The notes beneath the pieces were generated by a model. It saw only the letters and a program-made list of their open reading frames with translations. It was not told the DNA's origin and did not search any database. A DNA stretch of 64,000 nucleotides from Escherichia phage BYEP02, in sequence record OR757454.1. One strand, given 5' to 3'. Shown piece after piece: positions 47,544-56,240 of this stretch (position 1 is its first letter; every line of letters starts with the position of its first letter). The translations under genes and the position numbers were made by a program.

Positions 47544-47803
47544 CAGTTTACGTAGATGTTTTAATGAATCATGGATGGAAACTTCGCGGTCATCCAACTA
47601 AAAATTGTCATATGTTCACTGATGGAGATATTGAAGAGCTTCACGAAATGGCAGAAGCAATAGGAATGAAACGTTCTTGGTTTCAAGATAAACGCATTAA
47701 ACATTATGACTTACGTGCAAGTCGTCGTCAAAAAGCTATAGAACTTGGCGCCGTAGAAGTATCGAGGCGAGAAGCAGTAAAAATTTGGCGAAAATTAAAA
47801 TAA
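47540..47803 (+). CDS. Small conserved protein (DUF4031-like N-terminus MTVYVD...), 87 aa
   Basis: MTVYVDVLMNHGWKLRGHPTKNCHMFTDGDIEELHEMAEAIGMKRSWFQDKRIKHYDLRASRRQKAIELGAVEVSRREAVKIWRKLK. Confidence 0.45.
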   Translation: MTVYVDVLMNHGWKLRGHPTKNCHMFTDGDIEELHEMAEAIGMKRSWFQDKRIKHYDLRASRRQKAIELGAVEVSRREAVKIWRKLK

Positions 47804-47806
47804 ATT

Positions 47807-47836
47807 GTTTACATGGTCTGTAGTTGTTGATACTAT
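47807..47836 (+). promoter_or_regulatory. T4 early-type promoter
   Basis: GTTTACatggtctgtagttgttgaTACTAT. Confidence 0.55.
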
Positions 47837-47874
47837 AGACCTATCAAAACAAATGAGTAAATTGGAGATACAAA

Positions 47875-48075
47875 ATGACTACTTTGAATAAACGTTTCGG
47901 TAAAGCTAAATCTGGTTGTGCAGCTGAACGTCGTTATGTTTTCGCTCAGTTAGAAGATGTAGAGTATCAGATTAATCAAGTTCACATTACTGGTATCGAG
48001 CCTATGTGTGGCCTTGAAGCTCTTCGTGAAGTTCGTGACGGGTATCGTCGTGACATCGAAGAAATGTCAAAATAA
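47875..48075 (+). CDS. Hypothetical small protein
   Basis: ORF MTTLNKRFGKAKSGCAAERRYVFAQLEDVEYQINQVHITGIEPMCGLEALREVRDGYRRDIEEMSK. Confidence 0.45.
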   Translation: MTTLNKRFGKAKSGCAAERRYVFAQLEDVEYQINQVHITGIEPMCGLEALREVRDGYRRDIEEMSK

Positions 48076-48132
48076 GTATACAAACTGATAGGACTATGTT
48101 ATAGTAGTCCTATCAAATCATTGGAGAATAAA

Positions 48133-49178
48133 ATGAAAACTGTAACTATCAATAAGGGTATCTACTTCGGTAAAGAAATCTCTGGAACTTTTGAGCTCTT
48201 AGGCGAATGGTTCCCAGATAATGCTCCGGTAGATGCACAAGGAGATGGTAAAGTTTTTGTTGAAATTGACGGTAAACGTCGCGGTGTTTGGGTTTACAAA
48301 TCAGACATTTCATATGATGGTGTAAAAGTTGAAGAAGTTAAAGAATCGTATGAAGATATGAAAACCCGCATTAATAAAAGATTTAATGTTATGGGAATGA
48401 TGACGAATGGTATTATTAATGGAAACATTCGTTCATTAATTATCTCTGGTGCGGCGGGTATTGGTAAAACGTATTCTTTAGATAAAGCTTTGAATAAAGC
48501 AAATGATAATGGATACATTGAATATAAAAGCATTAACGGTAAAATCTCTGGTATTGGTCTTTATGAGCAGCTTTGGAATAATCGTGAAGAGAATTCTGTC
48601 CTTTTGATTGATGATGTGGATGTTTTCTCTGATATGGACATTCTTAATCTTCTAAAAGCCGCTCTGGACACTGGAGAGACCCGTAAAGTCTGCTGGAGCA
48701 CTGCATCTTCTTACTTAGAAGAAAAAGGCATTGAGCGTGAGTTTGAATTTAAAGGAACGATTGTTTTTATCACAAACGTTGACATTGACCGCGAATTAGA
48801 CCGTGGTACTAAACTTGCTCCACACTTACAAGCATTAGTGTCCCGCTCAGTTTATTTGGATTTGGGTGTTCATACTAATGAAGAAATTATGGTCAGGGTT
48901 GAAGATGTTATTCTTTCAACTGACATGATGCAAAAGCGCGGTCTTTCTACACTAATGAAGAAATTATGGTCAGGGTTGAAGATGTTATTCTTTCAACCGA
49001 CATGATGCAAAAGCGCGGTCTTTCTGATGAAGAAACTTATAAAGCATTATCATGGATGAAAGTCAATGTTAACCGTTTACGCAATGTTTCACTGCGTACT
49101 GCACTTTATCTTGCTGACTTTATTATGACCGACAAAAACGGCTGGCAAGAAATCGCTGAGGTTACTCTTCTGAAATAA
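48133..49178 (+). CDS. AAA+ family ATPase, ~322 aa; frameshifted by 77-bp duplication 48874-49027
   Basis: Walker A ISGAAGIGKTYSL, Walker B VLLIDDVD, sensor-like FITNVD; ORFs 48121..49005 + 48966..49178. Confidence 0.6.
48874..49027. repeat. 77-bp tandem duplication inside the AAA+ ATPase gene
   Basis: actaatgaagaaattatggtcagggttgaagatgttattctttcaac... twice. Confidence 0.9.
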
Positions 49179-49279
49179 TTCATAAGAGGACTTCTATGAC
49201 AAAAAGGCAGTTCAGAAATAGATTATATGGACTGCCATCAAAAAGATGATTAGAATTAAACTGGTAAATGGAGGTAGTG

Positions 49280-49582
49280 ATGTTATACTCAAAGGCTCGT
49301 GAAATTTACGAAACTAAAATTAAAGACGCGGTTCATCAGTTCGCAACGACAATGCGTTGGACAAATGACTGGGAATACTCCAAGAATCATAAGAAGCCCT
49401 TGGTGACAAGAAAGGCTCATGTGTTAGTGTTAATAGACCGTGAGCAGATTAAAGCCCGAGAAGCCCTCCAGAATCATAAAAAGGCTGCCTTTGAATGGTT
49501 TATGGATAACACTGCTCCTGAGACTAAGAAAGCAGTGAGTGCGTGGTTCAGTGGAAAAAATTGTGAAAGAAGTTTCTTTTAG
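49280..49582 (+). CDS. Hypothetical protein (~100 aa)
   Basis: MLYSKAREIYETKIKDAVHQFATTMRWTNDWEYSKNHKKPLVTRKAHVLVLIDREQIKAREALQNHKKAAFEWFMDN... Confidence 0.45.
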   Translation: MLYSKAREIYETKIKDAVHQFATTMRWTNDWEYSKNHKKPLVTRKAHVLVLIDREQIKAREALQNHKKAAFEWFMDNTAPETKKAVSAWFSGKNCERSFF

Positions 49583-49584
49583 TT

Positions 49585-49614
49585 GTTTACAAGACCGTTC
49601 CTCTGTGGTACTAT
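49585..49614 (+). promoter_or_regulatory. T4 early-type promoter
   Basis: GTTTACaagaccgttcctctgtggTACTAT. Confidence 0.6.
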
Positions 49615-49642
49615 ACAACTATCAACTACGGAGGAACACAAA

Positions 49643-49957
49643 ATGAACGCTAAAGATATTTTCAACTTGGTAAATTACAACGATGGTAAATTTAAATCTG
49701 AAGCACAAAGCAAGTTCTTTAATGACATCTCAATCGGAGGTGAAATCACTGTTGATGGAGGACAAATTTACAAATCCCGTTGGAATTGGATCGTTATTAT
49801 TGATGAGATCGGTATTGTAGAAATTTACAAAAATACGAATAAAAATCGTACATTGCACTGGTCTCGTGATACTAACGAACAGTACAAAAAGGATAAAGCA
49901 TCTAAATTATCTCGTGTAACTCAAGAAGATATTGAGTTCATCAAGAAGATATTTTAA
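49643..49957 (+). CDS. Hypothetical protein (104 aa)
   Basis: MNAKDIFNLVNYNDGKFKSEAQSKFFNDISIGGEITVDGGQIYKSRWNWIVIIDEIGIVEIYKNTNKNRTLHWSRDTNEQYKKDKASKLSRVTQEDIEFIKKIF. Confidence 0.5.
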   Translation: MNAKDIFNLVNYNDGKFKSEAQSKFFNDISIGGEITVDGGQIYKSRWNWIVIIDEIGIVEIYKNTNKNRTLHWSRDTNEQYKKDKASKLSRVTQEDIEFIKKIF

Positions 49958-50169
49958 TGTATGATAACTTAATTGCTGAAGAGCAAGCTGTTATTGATAA
50001 ATTTGACGAGATTAAAGCTTCTCGTGAAATTCCTGATTTTATGAAAGAATCAGTAAATGAACGATACACTCTCATTTCAGAGCGTATTGAAACTTACAAA
50101 AAGCAAAGAGCTGAACGCCAAAATACTCTTCGGAAGTTTGAAGAACGGTTAAAGACGGTACTCGCATAA
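49957..50169 (+). CDS. Hypothetical small coiled-coil protein
   Basis: ORF MYDNLIAEEQAVIDKFDEIKASREIPDFMKESVNERYTLISERIETYKKQRAERQNTLRKFEERLKTVLA. Confidence 0.45.
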   Translation: MYDNLIAEEQAVIDKFDEIKASREIPDFMKESVNERYTLISERIETYKKQRAERQNTLRKFEERLKTVLA

Positions 50170-50221
50170 CCGCTTTATACCAAGGATGGTATAATGGTTC
50201 TAAGCCCTTTTAATTGAGATT

Positions 50222-50608
50222 ATGAAACAGTTGATAATTAAAAGATTGAATTTATTGATATGTTGTTTATGTGTAGTAGTTGCATACGGTTATTATGCTA
50301 TTAATGATTATATGCATTATAAAGATTATGATGTTACTGTAGTTAATACCATTACAGGAACACAAGGAAAAGGGTCTAGTTTATCGTTTATTGCCGTATA
50401 TGAACTCAAAGACGGTTATAGATTTAGTGAATATATTTCCCCAGAGATGTATTCTTCAATAGAAAAAGGTGATAATATTACTGTAAGTTTACGTCCTTTC
50501 GACGTAAAACAGACACTGTTTGATAATATTGTTTGGTTCTTTGGAATGGTATTAGTTCAATCTGTGTGGTGCTTATATAGTCTGTTCAATCATATTCTGT
50601 ATATTTAG
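50222..50608 (+). CDS. Membrane-anchored protein (128 aa)
   Basis: ORF MKQLIIKRLNLLICCLCVVVAYGYYAINDYMHYKDYDVTVVNTITGTQGKGSS... N- and C-terminal hydrophobic segments. Confidence 0.5.
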   Translation: MKQLIIKRLNLLICCLCVVVAYGYYAINDYMHYKDYDVTVVNTITGTQGKGSSLSFIAVYELKDGYRFSEYISPEMYSSIEKGDNITVSLRPFDVKQTLFDNIVWFFGMVLVQSVWCLYSLFNHILYI

Positions 50609-50636
50609 TAAAATTGAAATTGAGTGAGGAAAATAT

Positions 50637-51608
50637 ATGTCAGCAGTAATTAATAATGTCAATGCAGTAATTAAATCTTTAGTTAATAAAAAAATGATGA
50701 ATGAATGGACTGTATTTCGTCGTGGAGAGCCAGATAAATTTTTTCATAGATTTAACCCAACTTTGGATTTGAATGTTATCGACAAAGATGTTCATGCTGA
50801 AATTTTAGATAAGTTTAAAGTTGATATTGGATTTGGATTAGAAAAACATCTACAGCGAACAAATGGGTCTGGAATGAGTTTATCTAATCGCATTATGAAA
50901 GCCCTTAATAAAATTGGAGCATTGTCTCGTATTAAGCGAACAAACGGGTCTGGAATGGGTTTATCTAATCGCATTATGAAAGCCCTTAATAAAATTGGAG
51001 CATTGTCTCGTATTAATGCAAGTGAAATTCTTCGCAATTATAATAAAGGCTATGATCTTTACGGTCGACTAATGCCGAAATTATCATTTGACCAAATGAT
51101 CGCAGATTTGTGGGAAAATCAACGACGATTATTAGCATTAGGCGCTCGATTAGCTAAAGGTCTAGATAAACAAATGATTTTTAAGACCAATAATACAGAA
51201 GACCTTAAATGCTTTAAATTTAGTATTCGCGGCGATGATTATTACGTCAGAGCTCGCTCTACAGATTATGTTAATATGGGGCATCATCTCTGTTTAGCTT
51301 TTGAAGTTTTAAAAGAAGCCGGAACATTAGAATATGTGTCTGGTGCTAAATGCCCGATTGGTTCAAGTTGTATTTTAATTTATCGCCCGGATGAATCCAG
51401 TTTAACTAAATTGCCTACAAAACCTGTACCAGTTCGCAGTAATGAAAAACATTCTGAGCAAATTGATTATTTTAATAAGCAAATTGAAGAGCTGAATATT
51501 TCTATTCAACAGTATGACGATGAAATTTTCAGACTATCTGGATTGAGTAGTAAAGCTAAATCTGAGCGTGAAAAATTAATTAAAATTGTTGATTTACTTA
51601 AATCTTAA
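50637..51608 (+). CDS. Paralog-array protein 1 (323 aa), C-terminal coiled coil; contains an in-frame 27-aa tandem repeat
   Basis: Continuous ORF; internal RTNGSGM(S/G)LSNRIMKALNKIGALSRI(K/N) x2 encoded by an 81-bp tandem repeat at 50855-51016; C-terminus ...QIEELNISIQQYDDEIFRLSGLSSKAKSEREKLIKIVDLLKS. Confidence 0.65.
   Translation: MSAVINNVNAVIKSLVNKKMMNEWTVFRRGEPDKFFHRFNPTLDLNVIDKDVHAEILDKFKVDIGFGLEKHLQRTNGSGMSLSNRIMKALNKIGALSRIKRTNGSGMGLSNRIMKALNKIGALSRINASEILRNYNKGYDLYGRLMPKLSFDQMIADLWENQRRLLALGARLAKGLDKQMIFKTNNTEDLKCFKFSIRGDDYYVRARSTDYVNMGHHLCLAFEVLKEAGTLEYVSGAKCPIGSSCILIYRPDESSLTKLPTKPVPVRSNEKHSEQIDYFNKQIEELNISIQQYDDEIFRLSGLSSKAKSEREKLIKIVDLLKS
50855..51016 (+). repeat. In-frame tandem repeat 2 x 81 bp inside paralog-array gene 1
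   Basis: gcgaacaaatgggtctggaatgagtttatctaatcgcattatgaaagcccttaataaaattggagcattgtctcgtattaa repeated with 3 substitutions; 81 = 27 codons so the frame is kept. Confidence 0.85.
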
Positions 51609-51616
51609 GGAACACC

Positions 51617-52642
51617 ATGAAAACTCGTTCTCAAATTGAAGATATGGTTCGTAATGCCAGCTATACTCGTGATGTTATGACATTTTTGTGCCAAAATAAT
51701 TTAGACCCTGATAAAGTTAATCGTGATATTCACTTTAAGTATATGAATAGCAGTGAATGGTTACGTCATTTTAGTAAAGCTGGGTATATTACACAAATGA
51801 CTGCTCGTGAGCAGCTCACCGATTTCTGTAAAACTATTGATTATAAAAATCCTCTATTTGTTCAAGGCGTTGGTCAAAGTAAGGTTGATTTATCATCTGG
51901 ATTTTTCAATCCAAATCATTATCGTCTTGAATGGAGATTTATTGCTCTATTCCGTAAACAATTAAAGCAAATTTTGTCTACTGCTAGTCGATTAAAAGGT
52001 TCTGATATTAACTTAAAGAACCTGAAATTTGATGGTTATACTCTTCAGATGGAAGTAAGACCGTTAAAAGAAAATAATAGAACTGCACGAATTAGCTTTA
52101 AACCTAATACAAAAAATTCTCTTTCAATTTGTGAATGCCTTAAATCACAGTTGACAGAAGCATTTAAGTATATGGATGTTGTTGCTGCTGTTCAATCTAA
52201 GATTTTACCTCGTTTTGAACGATTTAAGTTAGATACAACATCATATGAACTTGATATGATCGTTTCATTTAAATATGAATTTTTGAGAAAGGACGAAGTC
52301 CCGCAAGAGAAAAAGCAGGAAGTACAAGATAACTTAAATTTAAATTTATCCAATTACTTATCAAACGATCCTAAATTTTGGATGTATAGTTCAGGTAATA
52401 AAGATGCATGGAAATTCAATAAAGTGAATTTTCTTCCTGTTGAAAATCCGAGTCTTAAACCTGTTGAAAAATGGCACGCGGATGCGATTGAGAAGTCTCT
52501 TAAGGCAGTAGATGATGAACTCGTTAAAGCAACTAATGAAGTGCTAGAAGCTGAAAAGGTGTTAAAACAAGCTCAGTCAAGGGTTCAAAATCTGACAAAG
52601 CAACGTTCTAAACTGAACAATGCACTAAATGCACTGAACTAG
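51617..52642 (+). CDS. Paralog-array protein 2 (341 aa), C-terminal coiled coil
   Basis: Continuous ORF MKTRSQIEDMVRNASYTRDVMTFLCQNNLDPDKVNRDIHF...; C-terminus ...ATNEVLEAEKVLKQAQSRVQNLTKQRSKLNNALNALN. Confidence 0.65.
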   Translation: MKTRSQIEDMVRNASYTRDVMTFLCQNNLDPDKVNRDIHFKYMNSSEWLRHFSKAGYITQMTAREQLTDFCKTIDYKNPLFVQGVGQSKVDLSSGFFNPNHYRLEWRFIALFRKQLKQILSTASRLKGSDINLKNLKFDGYTLQMEVRPLKENNRTARISFKPNTKNSLSICECLKSQLTEAFKYMDVVAAVQSKILPRFERFKLDTTSYELDMIVSFKYEFLRKDEVPQEKKQEVQDNLNLNLSNYLSNDPKFWMYSSGNKDAWKFNKVNFLPVENPSLKPVEKWHADAIEKSLKAVDDELVKATNEVLEAEKVLKQAQSRVQNLTKQRSKLNNALNALN

Positions 52643-52671
52643 TTTACTTTGCCACAAGGATGTGGTATAAT
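52642..52671 (+). promoter_or_regulatory. T4 early-type promoter for paralog-array gene 3
   Basis: GTTTACtttgccacaaggatgtggTATAAT. Confidence 0.6.
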
Positions 52672-52699
52672 GTTCTTACTTTCTACTGAGGAGATTAAT

Positions 52700-53701
52700 A
52701 TGACTCGTAACGAATATATCAAATCATTCAATAGCGTTATTGATGATAAAGCTATACCGATGTTTGGTCAAAATATCGTTCTTTCTATTATCAATCAATG
52801 GCTCAATAGTGTTGATGCAAGTATTGTTTCTTCTACTAAATTTATTCATGAAATTCGTAAAATTTCTAGTCGTGTAGATAAAGATGTTATCAAGAAAACC
52901 TTTAAAGAGTCTCGTCTTCTTTCATATTTGGTTAATCGGGATATTCTTGGTAATTTTGGGAAAGAAATTAAACGAACTAAAGATGTAGTAGGATATAATT
53001 GGTTCGGTGATGTTAATTCTTATCATCTTAATAATAAAGAAGACCCTGAGAATATTTTTACTCGTCGTTGGATTAGTAATTTCAGACTTTTCAAAGGACA
53101 GATTCTAAAATCAGCTTCTAAATTATGTTATGGCGATTATCGTCAAATTCATCCTTTGGCTTCTGATATGATTATCGTAAAAGAATATGAACTTGATAAA
53201 AATAAAGTATCTATTTTTGTGAATTATGGATTTTTTACACCAGAAACTAACCAAAAGAATATTAATAAATTTTTCTCAATTGCTAGCACTATAACTCGTC
53301 AATTAGAGACCGCATTACTTTGTATGGAAACAGTAGAAAATATTCATACTTATCCTTTTAAGAATATATGCGGTTGGGAAGGATATAAAATTGTAATTAG
53401 TCTTCGTGAAGTGAAATGTGCTTATTCACCTACTGATAAAGAAATTTACCAACAAAAATGTGATGAAATTGTGAATACTCCTAAAGAAGAAACTACCCTT
53501 GAGGAACTAATGGAATGTCTTGACGATTCACCTGAACCGGTAGAAATTCGTCCAGAAGTTATTGCACTAGAAAAAGCTTATAAAGAAGTTCTAGAAATTT
53601 CTAATAAAGCGCAGAAAGAATATGAGAAGGCTAAAAGGATTTGGGAAGAATCTGTTAATCGCCTTGATCGTTTGGAACAAGCTTTACAGTTAATTAAGTA
53701 A
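52700..53701 (+). CDS. Paralog-array protein 3 (~333 aa), C-terminal coiled coil
   Basis: MTRNEYIKSFNSVIDDKAIPMFGQNIVLSIINQWLNSVDASIVSSTKF...; C-terminus ...EKAYKEVLEISNKAQKEYEKAKRIWEESVNRLDRLEQALQLIK. Confidence 0.65.
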   Translation: MTRNEYIKSFNSVIDDKAIPMFGQNIVLSIINQWLNSVDASIVSSTKFIHEIRKISSRVDKDVIKKTFKESRLLSYLVNRDILGNFGKEIKRTKDVVGYNWFGDVNSYHLNNKEDPENIFTRRWISNFRLFKGQILKSASKLCYGDYRQIHPLASDMIIVKEYELDKNKVSIFVNYGFFTPETNQKNINKFFSIASTITRQLETALLCMETVENIHTYPFKNICGWEGYKIVISLREVKCAYSPTDKEIYQQKCDEIVNTPKEETTLEELMECLDDSPEPVEIRPEVIALEKAYKEVLEISNKAQKEYEKAKRIWEESVNRLDRLEQALQLIK

Positions 53702-53807
53702 TTTAAAGCCAAGGATGGCTCGGAGTATAAGTTAATCGTCTTGATCGTCTGGAACAAGCTTTACAGTTAATTAAGTAATTTAAAGCCAAGGATGGCTCGG
53801 AGTATAA
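53654..53807. repeat. 77-bp tandem duplication spanning the 3' end of paralog-array gene 3 and downstream intergenic
   Basis: gttaatcg(c/t)cttgatcgt(t/c)tggaacaagctttacagttaattaagtaatttaaagcc... twice. Confidence 0.9.
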
Positions 53808-53830
53808 ATCATTAACCAAGTGAGAAGAAC

Positions 53831-54760
53831 ATGAAAACTCGTAAACATTATATTGATTATTTTGACAGTCTTATTACTAAACACCGTAATTATCAGATCG
53901 GACACAGAGCAGTAATCAATAATATTCTTCGTGATTTCCTTCAATATGTTGGCCAGGAAAATCATATCTGTAAAGATACTCAAAACGCTTATTCTCATTC
54001 GTTGGGCAATTTGCTTCAATGGTTTAAACGTTCTCGTATGTTATCTTCTACTGTAGCTCGCGATAACATTAAAAACTTTATGAAGCCGAGCTTTATTAAA
54101 TCTGAGACATCTATAACTGATTTGGTTGAATTTACTATTGTTAACGATGTTAAAAAGACCCATTTGGCTGATTGGTTATCTACCATTCCTGAAACTAAAT
54201 TTGCTGATAAATTTGCTTGTCAATTCAATGACCAAGTGAATATGCTTTTTAAGCATGCTCGCAAACTATTTACCGCGGGCGATGACCGTACAAATACAGT
54301 TCATGTTAAGGATTGGGTTATTGCTGATGAAGTAACACACAAGCCAGGTGGTTCATCAGTATTAATTAATATCCAGGTTCCTTATTATTACTCACGTAAT
54401 CTCGGCACCATGAACTCTAGAGAAATTAATAAGCACAACAAAACTATTCGTTCGTTATCTTATAAACTCCGCATGATGTTAAAAATCATGGACGTAGTAG
54501 AAATGTATGACGAAACCGAAGATAATGGTTCAATGTTATACAGTTCACGCATTTTAATTAAACTGAAGAACCCTAATACATATAAGACAGTTGTAAAAGA
54601 GCCTAAAGTAGAAAAGATTGATAACTTGAGCGAAGAACGTGAATACCTCAAATCTCGACTAGTTGAAGTTGAAGCTCAGATTGCCGAACACACTAAATTG
54701 TTAAAAGCTCTTAATGCAAAAGCAAATGGTTTACGTAATGCTATTGAGGTATTGAAATGA
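53831..54760 (+). CDS. Paralog-array protein 4 (309 aa), C-terminal coiled coil
   Basis: MKTRKHYIDYFDSLITKHRNYQIGHRAVINNILRDFLQYVGQENH...; C-terminus ...[42 protein letters not shown]. Confidence 0.65.
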   Translation: MKTRKHYIDYFDSLITKHRNYQIGHRAVINNILRDFLQYVGQENHICKDTQNAYSHSLGNLLQWFKRSRMLSSTVARDNIKNFMKPSFIKSETSITDLVEFTIVNDVKKTHLADWLSTIPETKFADKFACQFNDQVNMLFKHARKLFTAGDDRTNTVHVKDWVIADEVTHKPGGSSVLINIQVPYYYSRNLGTMNSREINKHNKTIRSLSYKLRMMLKIMDVVEMYDETEDNGSMLYSSRILIKLKNPNTYKTVVKEPKVEKIDNLSEEREYLKSRLVEVEAQIAEHTKLLKALNAKANGLRNAIEVLK

Positions 54761-55146
54761 AAAAGCGTCTATTAGAAGATATTGCAGCTTCAAGTAATTC
54801 CAGTCTAATTAAAATTATTATGGCTGGTGAAGAAGACGATCTGGAAATGCGCGGAAAGATTCATGGTTGTGATGATTTAGATTTTAAACCTCCAGCCTGG
54901 GATGCTATTATGGTTATGGTTAAACGTCGCGAAAGGGCTTCTAAAAACGTTCCTAATTGTCCTGAATGCGGTACTGAACAAGTTCAATTGATTAACTGGC
55001 GTAAACCGGAACTTGAATATAAATGCCGTCATTGCAAACATAAATTTAGTAAGCATGCTCCGGAAATGGTTAAATTACCTGACTCTACTGAGTTCTTTAA
55101 AGAACTTGCGAGTGTTCAACCAATGCCTAATAATATTTTGGATTAA
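54757..55146 (+). CDS. Zn-ribbon-containing small protein (129 aa)
   Basis: Cys pairs CPECGTEQ...CRHCKHKF; [63 protein letters not shown]... Confidence 0.5.
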
Positions 55147-55148
55147 AA

Positions 55149-55391
55149 ATGACCAAGCGTAAAGAATATATGGAGACTGCTGAAAAGGCAGTCCGTGAAT
55201 TAGCAATAGCTTATTATAATGAACACGGTAAATTTCCTGATAGATACAGCGTGCTTAAATCTGCTTTAACTCGTTCATATAAAAATATGCTATCAGAAGT
55301 AAGTGATATTATATACAAACATAAAGAACAAACGGGCCAAAGTCTTGATTACGACGAGACTTTTAAACAAGTACTAGGAATTAAGGAATAA
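55149..55391 (+). CDS. Hypothetical small protein (80 aa)
   Basis: [83 protein letters not shown]. Confidence 0.5.
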
Positions 55392-55392
55392 T

Positions 55393-55656
55393 ATGTTTAA
55401 AGTATATGGTTATGATAGCAACATCCACAAATGTGTGTATTGCGATAATGCAAAACGTCTTTTGACAGTGAAGAAACAACCGTTTGAATTTATCAACATT
55501 ATGCCGGAAAAAGGTGTTTTTGATGATGAGAAAATCGCTGAGCTTCTGACTAAACTAGGTCGTGATACTCAAATCGGCTTGACAATGCCCCAGGTATTTG
55601 CTCCTGATGGAAGTTATATTGGTGGATTTGACAAATTGCGGGAATACTTTAAATGA
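55393..55656 (+). CDS. nrdC: Thioredoxin/glutaredoxin NrdC (intact, 87 aa)
   Basis: MFKVYGYDSNIHKCVYCDNAKRLLTVKKQPFEFINIMPEKGVFDDEKIAELLTKLGRDTQIGLTMPQVFAPDGSYIGGFDKLREYFK; CVYC active site; near-identical to T4 NrdC. Confidence 0.92.
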   Translation: MFKVYGYDSNIHKCVYCDNAKRLLTVKKQPFEFINIMPEKGVFDDEKIAELLTKLGRDTQIGLTMPQVFAPDGSYIGGFDKLREYFK

Positions 55657-55868
55657 TTCTCGAAGGAACTGATTATATCCATGACTACCGCGGAAGCGCG
55701 GTATATGTAGGTGATGAGGTTGCAGTTTATTACGGGTATGGAACTTTGATGACAGCCAAAGTTATTCAAATTAAAAATAACCGTGCTAAACTCGAAGTTT
55801 ATTATTCTAACGGTGAAAAGTCTATTTCTAAATGGAAATATGGCGATTGTATGGTCAAACTGGGGTAA
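55653..55868 (+). CDS. Hypothetical small protein (71 aa)
   Basis: ORF MILEGTDYIHDYRGSAVYVGDEVAVYYGYGTLMTAKVIQIKNNRAKLEVYYSNGEKSISKWKYGDCMVKLG. Confidence 0.5.
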   Translation: MILEGTDYIHDYRGSAVYVGDEVAVYYGYGTLMTAKVIQIKNNRAKLEVYYSNGEKSISKWKYGDCMVKLG

Positions 55869-55870
55869 AT

Positions 55871-56041
55871 ATGATTTACGATATTAGTGTATCAAGAACT
55901 CCGTCAATGGTTACTATTCCAGCCGAAGAACTAGATCGTCTTCAGAAAATTGAAGAACTTCTTTGGGAAATTGAATCTGATTTGCCATCAGGACTAGAAT
56001 CCTGGATTGATTATGAAGAACTTAATAAGCTTCGGGGTTAA
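55871..56041 (+). CDS. Hypothetical small protein (56 aa)
   Basis: MIYDISVSRTPSMVTIPAEELDRLQKIEELLWEIESDLPSGLESWIDYEELNKLRG; stop lies in copy 1 of junction duplication 55966-56119. Confidence 0.45.
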   Translation: MIYDISVSRTPSMVTIPAEELDRLQKIEELLWEIESDLPSGLESWIDYEELNKLRG

Positions 56042-56119
56042 AGGAAATTGAATCTGATTTGCCATCAGGACTAGAATCCTGGATTGATTATGAAGAACTT
56101 AATAAGCTTCGGGGTTAAA
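55966..56119. repeat. 77-bp tandem duplication (identical) at the 3' end of gene 55871..56041
   Basis: ggaaattgaatctgatttgccatcaggactagaatcctggattgattatg... twice. Confidence 0.9.
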
Positions 56120-56240
56120 CCTTGGTGGGCGGTTAGATGGGAAACTGTAGAGCCAGAGCCGGAAGAACCGGTTTACACTGATGAAGAAACAGTATATAAT
56201 GAACCAACGATAAATGACTTAATTGATATGGAGATGGGAC

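Noticed and set aside
56100-56240. Possible short ORF between duplication 55966-56119 and pin (…WETVEPEPEEPVYTDEETVYNEPTINDLIDMEMGHDYSR)
   Set aside because: No in-frame ATG near its 5' end; likely the upstream extension of the pin reading frame before its real start at 56241.
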